From an uncultured Actinomycetes bacterium (GTDB lineage: Bacteria > SZUA-79 > Acidulodesulfobacterales > Acidulodesulfobacteraceae), in the NCBI GenBank assembly GCA_964631685.1, contig CAZVZU010000003.1:32001-96000 (forward strand): 64,000 nt of DNA, written 5' to 3'. Below are positions 37,161 to 47,297 of this stretch, one piece after another. Every line of letters begins with the position of its first letter. The first letter of the stretch is position 1. The translations under genes were made by a program, and so were the position numbers. The notes beneath the pieces were generated by a model. The model did no database searches. It was not told the DNA's origin and saw nothing but the letters and a program-made list of their open reading frames with translations.

Positions 37161-39149
37161 TTAAATAAAGTTTAATATTTTAATATACCCGTTAAAAAAC
37201 TCGAATATAATACCGTCCACGTCAATTTTATCTTTACTTTCAGCATCGAAAATGTTTTTCATAGTCTTGTATTTTTTGAATAGAAATGCTTTTGGTTTCA
37301 CATTGCTATCATTGGAGGAACCCTTGATATTAAATGTAAAATAACAGTTAAATAATCCGTTTTTTTTCGAATTTATGTTTTTGTTTTTGTATTCCCTCTT
37401 ATTAATATTCAGAAGTGTAATGTTCCTAATTAAGAATTTAGGTTGTTCATTTAGCGGTCCATACGGAGACATTAATTTTATTAAATTGGATAAATCTTTT
37501 TTTGCTGCAGCATTTAAATCTATCTCTTCATCGTAATCCGGGATTTTACCGTGTTCTCCGTCAGGGTTGTTTAAATGAGAAGCTTCAGAATTAACGTCTA
37601 ATTTTATATTTAAATCAACCAAATCTTTAGATGTTGCGGAGATGAAGTCGTCAAAATTTCGACCCTTCTTTATTGTGAGTCCGCAGGCCATTTTATGCCC
37701 CCCGAATTTCTCATAAAATGATTCATAATGCTTTAAGAATGTGTAAATATCTATGCTATCGTATGATCTAACGGAACCAATATACACGCCCTCTTTATAT
37801 CCGGAAAGTAGCAGGACTGGTTTTTGTAGATAATCGACTAATTTTGATGAAACAATCCCTATGACACCCGGATGCCATAATTCTCCGCTTAAAATCAGTA
37901 TTGGAGCGTCACTTTCCGTTAAATTTCTTTCATTAATTTGATTCATTGTATCATTGAAGCAAATATCTTCAAGCATTTGTCTCTTTTTGTTAACGGCATT
38001 CAACTGCTGAGCAAGTTCGTACGCTCTTTCCGGATTATTTTCTGTCAAAAGCTCTACCGCAGCAGCAGGGTTTCCAACCCTGCCGGTTGCATTAATTTTT
38101 GGGGCTATTTTCCACGCAATATCCGATTCGTTAACATTATCGAAGTGTAAACCACAAATCCTTTTAAGTTCCCTTATGCCCGGTCTAGGATTATTGTTAA
38201 TTTTATGTAAACCGTGATATGTAAGTGTCCTATTATCTCCATACATAGGGACGATATCCGCTATAATACCGAGGCAAACAATATCAAGATAATTTTTAAG
38301 GTTAGGATATGTAGTTATTGAACCGTTTGTAACCAATCGTTTTCTTATTGCGATCCCTAAATTAAAAGCGATACCAACACCAGGCAGAAATTTAAAGTTA
38401 AATTTATCATTTCTGCGTTTTGGGTTCAATATAGCATACGCATTGGGTAAAATCTCATTGTAATCGTTATCGTCGTCTTCCGAAACTGATTTGGCAAGAG
38501 GAACTTCGTGGTGGTCGCATATTATAGTGTCTATATTTTTAGAATTTGCGTATGATACCTCTTCAACATTAGTTATGCCTAAATCAACCGTTATCATCAA
38601 TGTTAATGGTTGATTGCTATTTTGACGCACGGTATCGCAAATTTCGTTAATAGGTCCTATACCCAGCCCATAACCGTCTTTTATCCTATCTGGTAACTTA
38701 TAAAAAATAGTGTTTTCCGTTTGGTTTGGTTTTAATAATTTTTTTATTTCGCGTAAAAATGAAACTAGGAAGGATGTGGATGTTATTCCATCCACATCGT
38801 AATCTCCGTAAATACAAATATTTTCATCGTCCGTTAACGCTTTTGTGATTCGTTCTACCGCTCTGTCCATATCGTTCATGAGGAACGGGTCACCTAAAGA
38901 TTTTAAGGACGGGCTTAGATAGTTGGAGACGAAGTTGTTTAAATAATCGGTCGCGGGGACGCAGTCATGGTCATGGTCTGAATACTCTTTGTGAAATTCT
39001 TGTGAAAAAAAAGGATCAAAACTTAACTGAGAGTTAATCCTTTTTAAAATTAAAGGCAATAGGGTAGTACACGAAGCGCTCGAATAAGTCTGATTCAATG
39101 TTTTCTTTAAACATACCTTTATGTATTCCTCGACATATTTTTTTTGCAT
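37161..39149 (-). CDS. recJ: Single-stranded-DNA-specific exonuclease
   Basis: DPFLMNDMDRAV.RI, IYGDYDVDGITS, ITVDLG, CDHHE, IADIVP, APKINATGR, WHPGVIGIV, GGH.MACG. Confidence 0.93.
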   Translation of the reverse strand: MQKKYVEEYIKVCLKKTLNQTYSSASCTTLLPLILKRINSQLSFDPFFSQEFHKEYSDHDHDCVPATDYLNNFVSNYLSPSLKSLGDPFLMNDMDRAVERITKALTDDENICIYGDYDVDGITSTSFLVSFLREIKKLLKPNQTENTIFYKLPDRIKDGYGLGIGPINEICDTVRQNSNQPLTLMITVDLGITNVEEVSYANSKNIDTIICDHHEVPLAKSVSEDDDNDYNEILPNAYAILNPKRRNDKFNFKFLPGVGIAFNLGIAIRKRLVTNGSITTYPNLKNYLDIVCLGIIADIVPMYGDNRTLTYHGLHKINNNPRPGIRELKRICGLHFDNVNESDIAWKIAPKINATGRVGNPAAAVELLTENNPERAYELAQQLNAVNKKRQMLEDICFNDTMNQINERNLTESDAPILILSGELWHPGVIGIVSSKLVDYLQKPVLLLSGYKEGVYIGSVRSYDSIDIYTFLKHYESFYEKFGGHKMACGLTIKKGRNFDDFISATSKDLVDLNIKLDVNSEASHLNNPDGEHGKIPDYDEEIDLNAAAKKDLSNLIKLMSPYGPLNEQPKFLIRNITLLNINKREYKNKNINSKKNGLFNCYFTFNIKGSSNDSNVKPKAFLFKKYKTMKNIFDAESKDKIDVDGIIFEFFNGYIKILNFI

Positions 39150-39171
39150 TAATCATCGACGCCTTAGAAAA

Positions 39172-40101
39172 TTAATCTTTTTGATTATTTGAAACGTAAT
39201 GTTTTTCATTTAACATTATCATTACCGGACTTGCGATGAATATAGACGAATATGTACCTATTATAATCCCGTACAACAATGTAAATGCAAAGTTATGGAG
39301 AACTATGCCCCCGAGGAAAAACAAAGACAGCACGACTAAAATGACTGTAAGTGACGTAACTACTGTTCTCGTCAACACTTCATTTATACTTTCATTTACT
39401 AAATTTTTTAAATTAATTTGATGAGACTTTTCGGTTGCTTTATTTAGGTTTTCCCTGATCCTATCAAAAACTACCACTTTATCGGTAAGGGAGTAACCTG
39501 CAACGGTTAAAATCCCTGTGATAACAAGGAGGGATATCTCCTTCTGGAAGATAAACAATATGCCTGCAAGCGCAAGCACGTCGTGCGCAAGACCGATAGC
39601 GGCAGCAAGGCCGAACCTAAACTCGAAACGCCATGTTATGTAAAGTATAATTGCAATGATGGATATTATGATTGCCACAACGGCGTCAAAGGCTAATTTC
39701 TTACCAACGGAAGGACCAATCATTTCATTGTTCAGCACTTCGAATGAATTATTCGGAAAATTTTCTTTTATGGTAGTTTTAATCTTTTCTGTATATTTAT
39801 TTAAATCTCCGGCTATGGCTTTGGTCTGAATAATGATATTATTTTTACCCTTTACCTTGACTATTTTTACGTCCTTAAACCCATTCGTTAGCAGTTTAGT
39901 TCTAACGGCGGATACAGATATATTGTGTTTAAACGCAAGCTGTAAAGATAACCCCCCGGTAAAATCTATCCCTATTCTCGCTACGCCCAAGACCATCATG
40001 ATTATCTCAATTAATCCGAGCGCGACAAGGACAGACGAAAATATAAACGAATATTTTTTTTTGCCGATAAAATCAAAATGAGTGTCTTTTATAAATTCCA
40101 A
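39172..40101 (-). CDS. secF: Protein translocase subunit SecF
   Basis: GIDFTGG, IGPSVG, YITWRFE, HDV, GYSLTD.VVVFDRIREN, GTYSSIFIASP. Confidence 0.96.
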   Translation of the reverse strand: MEFIKDTHFDFIGKKKYSFIFSSVLVALGLIEIIMMVLGVARIGIDFTGGLSLQLAFKHNISVSAVRTKLLTNGFKDVKIVKVKGKNNIIIQTKAIAGDLNKYTEKIKTTIKENFPNNSFEVLNNEMIGPSVGKKLAFDAVVAIIISIIAIILYITWRFEFRFGLAAAIGLAHDVLALAGILFIFQKEISLLVITGILTVAGYSLTDKVVVFDRIRENLNKATEKSHQINLKNLVNESINEVLTRTVVTSLTVILVVLSLFFLGGIVLHNFAFTLLYGIIIGTYSSIFIASPVMIMLNEKHYVSNNQKD

Positions 40102-40122
40102 TTTTTCTGACCTCTCTAAGTG

Positions 40123-41688
40123 TTAAATGCTTATTTTTTTGAATTTCTTTCTATTCGATATTATGTCAAATAGAACCTTTGTGCCTACTAATGAGGTAAA
40201 TAGGTTGATAATGATACCGAGCGACAATGTCACGGCAAAGCCTTTTACCGGTCCGGAGCCAAAGTAAAACAAGACGGTGGCGGTAATTAGAGCAGTAACA
40301 TGAGAGTCTAAAATTGTAAAAAACGCTTTGTTATACCCCTCTTCAATAGCTATAACAGCCGGCTTATTTTCTCTTAATTCTTCCCTTATCCTTTCGAATA
40401 TAAGAACATTGGCATCAACCGACATACCGATAGTAAGGATTATACCAGCAATACCAGGAAGAGTTAGGGTTGCGCCGAACAAGGAGAGAACGGCAATAAG
40501 AAATAATACATTTTCGATAAGAGCAAAATTAGCGATTAATCCCGATAGCTTGTAGTAAAATATCATAAATCCCATAACCAAAATGGTTCCTACAATGGTG
40601 GCAAGTATACCGTCGTGAATGGAGTCCGCCCCGAGGGTCGGCCCAACTGTTTCGTTTTGTATTATCTTTACCTGTGCGGGTAGAGCTCCAGAGCGGAGCG
40701 CTATCGCAAGATTACTTGCCTCAGGCATTGTAAACCTTCCAGAGATGGACGCATTTCCGCCCAATATAGGCTCTTCTATAACAGGAGCAGAGATTACGTT
40801 ATTGTCGAGTATGATAGCAAGCCTTTTACCAGTATATTTGGTAGTGATATTGCCGAATTTTCTAGTACCTTGAGAATTTAATGTAACCCCGACAATAGGT
40901 TGATTATAGCGGTTTATCTGTACACTTGCGCTTGAAATTTCAGCCCCACTCATTAAAGTTGCTTTCTTAATAAGGTACGGTCTCCTTATTGTTTTGCGGG
41001 AGAATTTGTCGTAGGACACATGGTAAAGAATCTCATCCTCTTTTGGTATATCACCTCTCAATGCCTTTGATAAACTGTGTTTGTCATCGACAAGATTAAA
41101 CGTCAGCCTAGCCGTTTTTCCTATAAGTTTAATAGCCTGCTTGACGTTCTTGACCCCGGGCATTTCTATGACTATTAGATCTTTCCCTTGCCTAGCAATT
41201 TTTGGAGCCACCAAACCGAACTGATCAATCCTGTTTCTCATAATTTCCACAGCTCCGCTTACCGCTTCCTCTTTGTATTTTGCAAGAGCAGATGTTTTGA
41301 ACTTGATTGCATCTGACGATAGCTGCAAAGAGCTATAGTGTTTAGAAAGATAGTTCGTTAATCCTTGTGTATTTTTTAAAAGTTTTCCATTAATTTTTAT
41401 ATGAGAATCTGCAAAGCTTATATTGTTTTTACTGAACCCGTTATTTTTAACAAATGACCGTATATCGGTATAGTCTTTGTAAAGCTTTTCTTTTACGGCT
41501 TTATTGACTTCAACCTTTTCAATAAGGTAAACACCACCTTGAAGATCAAGCCCTAAACGCATTTCGGCATTTCCTATAACGGACTTCCACCACCCGGGCG
41601 TGTTAGGATAAATCGACGGAATTACCGAAAAAATAGAAATAACTATGAAAGAAATTATTAAAATTAATCTAGTTTTAACAGGCTTCAT
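40123..41688 (-). CDS. secD: Protein translocase subunit SecD
   Basis: LGLDLQGG, RNRIDQFG, LRSGALPA, VGPTLG.DSI, LTLPGIAG, DANVLIFERIREE. Confidence 0.96.
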   Translation of the reverse strand: MKPVKTRLILIISFIVISIFSVIPSIYPNTPGWWKSVIGNAEMRLGLDLQGGVYLIEKVEVNKAVKEKLYKDYTDIRSFVKNNGFSKNNISFADSHIKINGKLLKNTQGLTNYLSKHYSSLQLSSDAIKFKTSALAKYKEEAVSGAVEIMRNRIDQFGLVAPKIARQGKDLIVIEMPGVKNVKQAIKLIGKTARLTFNLVDDKHSLSKALRGDIPKEDEILYHVSYDKFSRKTIRRPYLIKKATLMSGAEISSASVQINRYNQPIVGVTLNSQGTRKFGNITTKYTGKRLAIILDNNVISAPVIEEPILGGNASISGRFTMPEASNLAIALRSGALPAQVKIIQNETVGPTLGADSIHDGILATIVGTILVMGFMIFYYKLSGLIANFALIENVLFLIAVLSLFGATLTLPGIAGIILTIGMSVDANVLIFERIREELRENKPAVIAIEEGYNKAFFTILDSHVTALITATVLFYFGSGPVKGFAVTLSLGIIINLFTSLVGTKVLFDIISNRKKFKKISI

Positions 41689-41759
41689 TATATTTCCTTA
41701 TTGAATTTGTATGAAATTTTAATATATTTACCATTTATATTGCCGGCAAGGTCTATTTA

Positions 41760-42101
41760 CTAAGATTTAGAGGTTTTTGTCGCCACGGCATTTTTTGCTA
41801 TCTTAATCCTTATATCCTTTGCTATTTCTAATGTAAAAACATTTTCGGCTACTCCGGATATAACCCCGTAAATACCGCCGTTAGTCAGAACTTCATCGCC
41901 AGTTCTTAAGGATTCCATCATTTGCTTGTGTTTTTTAGTCCTTTTTTGCTGTGGTACTATTACTAAAAGGTAAAATATGACAACGATAGCGATTAGTGGA
42001 GCAAAACTTATTAATGTTCCTTGAAAACTACTTTGCCCTGAAGATGCTGCATAGGCATTTTTGACAGTAAATAGATTGAACAGATTGGATAAAATTTCCA
42101 T
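41760..42101 (-). CDS. yajC: Preprotein translocase subunit YajC
   Basis: FYLLVIVPQQKR.K.H, L..GDEVLTNGGIYG. Confidence 0.95.
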   Translation of the reverse strand: MEILSNLFNLFTVKNAYAASSGQSSFQGTLISFAPLIAIVVIFYLLVIVPQQKRTKKHKQMMESLRTGDEVLTNGGIYGVISGVAENVFTLEIAKDIRIKIAKNAVATKTSKS

Positions 42102-42249
42102 AGTAATTTAAAAGGCTTAACGTATTTATGTTTTAAATTAAGCCTTGTTACCTCCTTAATTATTGGTTTTATTAGGTTAATATTTTTTAAATATAGCAAG
42201 TTCGTCAATAATATTAGTTTATTAATATTATATTTAAATTGAAATAAAG

Positions 42250-43359
42250 TCAAAACAAAGATAACGGTTTTTTTAAATTTATTTCGTTCACCATATCAAA
42301 AAAATTTCCGTTCCGTATCTTTTGCCTGATTGTTAAAATTAAATTTTGATAAAAATGGATATTGTGCAAGGTTAAAAGCCTCTGTGCAAATATTTCTTTT
42401 GTCATAAAGGCATGTCTTATGTAAGCAGCACTGAAATTTTTGCAGCAAAAACAGTCGCAATGTAAATCGATAGGTTTTGCCACGGTTTTATATTTGGAGT
42501 TTTTAATATTCAAGGTACCGGTAGATGTGAAGACAAAACCGTTTCTTGCGTTTCTTGTGGGCAGTACGCAGTCAAACATATCGACGCCTAAAGCAACTGC
42601 GTTAACAATATCCTCCGGTGTCCCGACGCCCATTAGATATCTTGGCTTATCCTCGGGAAGATTCAATACGGATGCGGACAGCATTTTAAACATGATTTCT
42701 TTTGTTTCTCCGACGGCTAATCCGCCGATTGCGTAACCATCGGCGCCTAATTGCGACATAATTGTAGCCGACTTTTCTCTTAAATCTGTAAAAAAATTAC
42801 CCTGAGATATGAGAAAGAGCAGATTGCCGTTATCCTTCTTTGCGTCCATTGATCTTTCCGCCCATTTTATTGTCGTGGCAAGGTCTCTTTCCGCTATTGT
42901 TCTAGTTGCATCCGGTCCGGAAAAGACGTCGAGTTGCATCATTATGTCAGAATCTAATGCTTCCTGGATTTCAACGACGCGTTCGGGGGTAAAAAAATGT
43001 GTTTCTCCATCTATATGTGACATAAAAGAAACCCCGTCATTTTGAATTTTGGCAAACTTGGCAAGACTAAAGATTTGAAACCCGCCGGAGTCGGTCAGTA
43101 TCATTCCTTTATAGCCGGTAAAATTTCTTAATGAGCCGAATTTTTTTATTATATCTATACCCGGCCTTAAAAAAAGGTGGTAGGCGTTTCCAAGCATAAT
43201 CTTAAAACCCTCGTCGTATATCTCGAAAGGCGAAAGAGACTTTATGGTGCCTATTGTTCCAACGGGCATAAACACAGGTGTTTCTATTATGCCGTTCTTA
43301 GTGGCAAGAGTGGCTGTTCTAGCGTTTGTAAGGCTGTCCTTTTTCAAAATTTTAAACAT
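42250..43359 (-). CDS. tgt: tRNA-guanine transglycosylase
   Basis: TPVFMPVGT, NAYHL.LRPG, TDSGGFQ, GGLAVGE, PRYLMGVG, DMFDCVLPTR, CDC.CC. Confidence 0.96.
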   Translation of the reverse strand: MFKILKKDSLTNARTATLATKNGIIETPVFMPVGTIGTIKSLSPFEIYDEGFKIMLGNAYHLFLRPGIDIIKKFGSLRNFTGYKGMILTDSGGFQIFSLAKFAKIQNDGVSFMSHIDGETHFFTPERVVEIQEALDSDIMMQLDVFSGPDATRTIAERDLATTIKWAERSMDAKKDNGNLLFLISQGNFFTDLREKSATIMSQLGADGYAIGGLAVGETKEIMFKMLSASVLNLPEDKPRYLMGVGTPEDIVNAVALGVDMFDCVLPTRNARNGFVFTSTGTLNIKNSKYKTVAKPIDLHCDCFCCKNFSAAYIRHAFMTKEIFAQRLLTLHNIHFYQNLILTIRQKIRNGNFFDMVNEINLKKPLSLF

Positions 43360-43409
43360 CGTCAAAGATTATATAATAAAAAAATTAAATTTTAAAGTTG
43401 TATGAATTT

Positions 43410-44582
43410 TTATATGTTGTGTAAATACATGGCATCCCCATAGCTAAAAAGAGAATAGCCATTTCTTATAGCCTCATCGTAAACCGCTTTTGTTTTATCT
43501 ATACCTATTAAGGCGCAAATCATGATAAACAGAGAAGATTTTGGCTGATGAAAATTTGTTATAAGATTTTTAGTTAACTTGAATTTGTAGCCAGGGTACA
43601 TATATAAAGATGTTTGTTTTTCCGTGACCGGTATCAAAAATCCGTTATCATCCGCATCGGATTCTAAGCACCTGGCTGAAGATGTCCCTGTGATTATTAC
43701 CTTGTTGTTTGATTTTAATGCCTTATTAATTAATTGGGCTGTTTTTTCTGAAATTGTATACGTTTCTTGGTGAATATTATGTTTCCTGATATCCTTTTCT
43801 CTAACCGGCATAAATGTTCCGAGCCCGATATTTAGGGAAATATCTGCAAATATTCCGCCTTTATCGTTGATTTTACCCATGAGTTTTTCGGTAAAATGAA
43901 GTCCGGCAGTCGGTGCCGCGACAGAGTAACCGTTTGTATCATTAGCATAAACTGTTTGATAATATGTTGAATCTATTGCCTTCGCGTCCCTTTTGAGATA
44001 TGGCGGAAGGGGGATTTGGGCGCATTTCTCGAAAATAAATTCGCTATCTGCCATATTGTTTATCGTAATATCGTAATTTCCGTTGCCATAACTCTTTGAA
44101 ACCGTAACCGTAAGATAATCGTCGGTATTTATAGTTTTTATCGCAGCTGTAGCAATATTTAATTTCTCAAATGGCCCTTCTTTGTTCAAGGTTTTTTTGT
44201 GTAAACTCAAGCGACTTACGTCGTTATCCCTATTTTCTTCGGTTATAAGTACCTCTTCCCCTTCTTTGACGGTTTTATGAGATTTTAAAAGGACATTTAG
44301 TGTGAGCGGGAACACCATATTGAAAGAAAATTTTACGACAAATATTTCTACCTTGCCTCCACTTGGCCTCCTACCGGAGATCCTCGCTTTTTTGACGAAA
44401 GAATCGTTAACAACGACTACATCGTTCTCGTTTATATAGTCGCTTATGTCATAAAACTTCCTATGTTCCATTTTAAAATTTTTTACATCAACAACAAGAA
44501 GTTTTGCCTCATCACGATTTTTTAGCGGATATTTTGCGATTAATTTTTCGTCAAATTCATAATTGAATAAATCTAATTCCAT
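43410..44582 (-). CDS. queA: SAM:tRNA ribosyltransferase-isomerase
   Basis: LIAKYP...RD, PLPPYLKR, YQTVYA, SVAAPTAGLHFT, GLGTF.PV, TNFHQPKS, FSYGDAM. Confidence 0.96.
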   Translation of the reverse strand: MELDLFNYEFDEKLIAKYPLKNRDEAKLLVVDVKNFKMEHRKFYDISDYINENDVVVVNDSFVKKARISGRRPSGGKVEIFVVKFSFNMVFPLTLNVLLKSHKTVKEGEEVLITEENRDNDVSRLSLHKKTLNKEGPFEKLNIATAAIKTINTDDYLTVTVSKSYGNGNYDITINNMADSEFIFEKCAQIPLPPYLKRDAKAIDSTYYQTVYANDTNGYSVAAPTAGLHFTEKLMGKINDKGGIFADISLNIGLGTFMPVREKDIRKHNIHQETYTISEKTAQLINKALKSNNKVIITGTSSARCLESDADDNGFLIPVTEKQTSLYMYPGYKFKLTKNLITNFHQPKSSLFIMICALIGIDKTKAVYDEAIRNGYSLFSYGDAMYLHNI

Positions 44583-44663
44583 ATTCTCCCATTATATTTT
44601 TTTGATTTTTGTGTTATTATGTGAGTCTAGATTTTATATAAACTGCCTGATTATAACACAATT

Positions 44664-45335
44664 ATGGGAATTTTTGTAACATTTGAGGGTATTGACGGTT
44701 CGGGCAAGACTACCGCGGCATCGACAGTGGCGGATTCCTTAGAAAAGATGGGATATAGTGTTTTACTTACACGGGAGCCGACGGATGCATATCTTGGAAA
44801 GATTGTTAAAAATATTTTTTTAGATAGAAAAGAAATTTGGCATCATTCGATGGACAGAAAAACTATGGCTACCGTTGCGTTATTTCTATTTTCTGCCGAC
44901 CGAACCGTGCATTTAAACGATATTTCATATAAACTGAACAGTTTTGATGTGGTGCTTTGTGACCGGTTTATCGACTCTACATATGCTTATCAGAATGTTT
45001 ATTTAACGGATAAGGGCTACAAGAACGATAAAAGTTTTGAAGATATCATATTCACCTTAAACGATTTTATTCTTAAGCAAGCCAATATACGTGTGGACAG
45101 GACTTATCTTTTTGACCTGAAGCCCGAATCTGCGCTGAAGCGGTTACATGGCAGGAAGGGTAAATTTGATGGTTTTGACGGTGAATCGCTGAATTTTTTT
45201 AATCATGTTAGAAACAATTACCTATCCCTTGCGGATAGGTTTAGAAAGAGAATAAAAAAGCTTAATGCCTCCGCTTCCGCCGAGAATATAGCGGAAATGA
45301 TAATCGAAGATATAGTTGAATTGATTAAGATTTAA
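44664..45335 (+). CDS. tmk: Thymidylate kinase
   Basis: FVTFEGIDGSGKTT, TREP, LF.ADR..H, CDRFIDST.AYQ. Confidence 0.95.
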   Translation: MGIFVTFEGIDGSGKTTAASTVADSLEKMGYSVLLTREPTDAYLGKIVKNIFLDRKEIWHHSMDRKTMATVALFLFSADRTVHLNDISYKLNSFDVVLCDRFIDSTYAYQNVYLTDKGYKNDKSFEDIIFTLNDFILKQANIRVDRTYLFDLKPESALKRLHGRKGKFDGFDGESLNFFNHVRNNYLSLADRFRKRIKKLNASASAENIAEMIIEDIVELIKI

Positions 45336-45338
45336 GGA

Positions 45339-46472
45339 ATGAAATTTATGGATTATACCCACTATCACATTTCCAATATAATAGGGCATAAGAAACCTAT
45401 TCAATTTCTAAATGGTCTATTTGTAAACGATAGAATTCCTTCAGGGCTTATTTTTTACGGGCAAAAAAATATAGGGAAACTATTTGTCGCATTGTCTTTT
45501 GTCGCATCTGTTTTATGTAAAGACTATTCGTCTTGTAATTACGATATTGACCAGTTGGAATGTGAAGAGAAAGATTTTAAGAAAGAAAAATATTCTTTAG
45601 GCGAATATTTTTGCGGAAAATGTCCTTCGTGCGTTGGTGTGCTGAATGGAACAAACCAAAATCTCATGGTTGTAGAACCCGATGGAAATTCAATAAAAAT
45701 AGACAAGATCCATCGGATTAACTCCCTTTTAAATTTAACTTCGACCTTTGGCGGCCACCGATTTGTGATAATAGACGACGCGTCTGCCATGAACCAGCAT
45801 GCTATGGGTGCCCTTTTAAAGATATTGGAAGAACCGCCCGATAAGACCGTTTTTATTTTGATTTCGTCAAATATAAGCGGACTCTTTCAAACTATTATTT
45901 CGAGATGTTCCTTACTTGACTTCAGGCCTATTGAAGATGAAATTTTATTCAAGGCCGTTAAGGGTGAATTTCAGGATATGCGGGACGATACTTTAGCTGT
46001 GTACATGAGGCTTGCAAAGGGTAGCTATTCAAACTTGAAGAAGTTGATAGTAGGCAGATATTTTGAAACGAGGAAATCTATTTTAGCCTTGATCTTTAAC
46101 AAATTATTTTACAAGAATGCAACGTTGTTAACGTATGATATGTCAGATGCGTTCAATGATATTTTGAAAAATTTCAAGGATGATGACGGCTATCAAGGCA
46201 ATGATAAAGGTAACGAGGATAGGGTCGAATTATTTGAAATATTTTTATTTATTTTAAGGGATATTTTTATTTATCATATGACAAAAAATGAGAAATTGTT
46301 ATACAATATGGACATTTGTGATGATATTGGTAAATTCATAACGGATTCAAATATTACGCCGGACAGATTACTTAGCATGATTGAATTAACGGTTAACCAT
46401 ATAGACAAAATGAGCTACAATTTAAACAAAACTATCGCTATGGATGCCTATTTTACAGGTCTTTTAACTTAA
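45339..46472 (+). CDS. holB: DNA polymerase III subunit delta'
   Basis: IIGH, LIFYG..NIGK, C...CGKCPSC, IKIDKI, ALLKILEEPP, TIISRC; follows tmk. Confidence 0.9.
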   Translation: MKFMDYTHYHISNIIGHKKPIQFLNGLFVNDRIPSGLIFYGQKNIGKLFVALSFVASVLCKDYSSCNYDIDQLECEEKDFKKEKYSLGEYFCGKCPSCVGVLNGTNQNLMVVEPDGNSIKIDKIHRINSLLNLTSTFGGHRFVIIDDASAMNQHAMGALLKILEEPPDKTVFILISSNISGLFQTIISRCSLLDFRPIEDEILFKAVKGEFQDMRDDTLAVYMRLAKGSYSNLKKLIVGRYFETRKSILALIFNKLFYKNATLLTYDMSDAFNDILKNFKDDDGYQGNDKGNEDRVELFEIFLFILRDIFIYHMTKNEKLLYNMDICDDIGKFITDSNITPDRLLSMIELTVNHIDKMSYNLNKTIAMDAYFTGLLT

Positions 46473-46563
46473 AATATGGACATGTCGCGGTAGCTTCGTT
46501 TCTTTTGTTTATCTCAATTTAAACGATAAATTATATATTTATCAGGGAGATGTACGCCAAATA

Positions 46564-47280
46564 ATGAGAGTAGCGGGAATAAAAATACATGAAAGGGTTA
46601 GTATTGAGGAATTCAATGCGAAGGCATTGCAATTAAAATTGAATGATAAGGTGCTTGTAAAAAAAGATAATGATCTTTTCTTAGGGATTGTTGCAGAGGA
46701 TATTAAAATTGTTGATAAAGACGATAGGGCGATACCTTGGATAATAAGAAAGATTTACAGCTTCGAAACGGGTGAAAAATTTGCATATTATCCCATTGAG
46801 AAAGAAGGTTTTGATTTTTGTAAATTGCAGGCAAAGAGTCTCAAAATGTCAATGAAGCTTCTAAAGGTTAAGTTTCTGCTTAAAGAAAATAAACTCATTT
46901 TTTTTTATAGTGCAGAAGAAAGAGTCGATTTTAGAGAGCTTGTAAAAATACTTGCGGGCAAATTTCATTTAAGAATAGAGATGCGCCAAATTAATATTAG
47001 AGACGAGTGTAAACTTTTGGGAGGGATAGGTCTATGCGGAAGAATGTGTTGTTGCAACTCGATAGAGCGGGAGTCTAAGAGCCATATATCCTCAAAAGTA
47101 ACGAAACTTCAGTGTCAAAATGCCGGCAATCTTGTGGGCTACTGCGGCAGGCTTTTATGTTGCCTTGTCTTTGACCCGCCTAATCCGGAGGAGGAGACAT
47201 GCGAAGAAGCGCAGGATAGCAGTAAGCTTTTTTATAATAGTAATGATTCATATGACGATACTTTAAATAAACGGAAGTAA
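46564..47280 (+). CDS. ricT: PSP1-domain protein (RicT/YaaT family)
   Basis: FFYSAEERVDFRELVK.LA..F..RIEMRQI..RDE, GGIG.CGR.CCC, G.CGRL.CCL. Confidence 0.88.
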   Translation: MRVAGIKIHERVSIEEFNAKALQLKLNDKVLVKKDNDLFLGIVAEDIKIVDKDDRAIPWIIRKIYSFETGEKFAYYPIEKEGFDFCKLQAKSLKMSMKLLKVKFLLKENKLIFFYSAEERVDFRELVKILAGKFHLRIEMRQINIRDECKLLGGIGLCGRMCCCNSIERESKSHISSKVTKLQCQNAGNLVGYCGRLLCCLVFDPPNPEEETCEEAQDSSKLFYNSNDSYDDTLNKRK

Positions 47281-47297
47281 AAAGAACGGTATAAATT

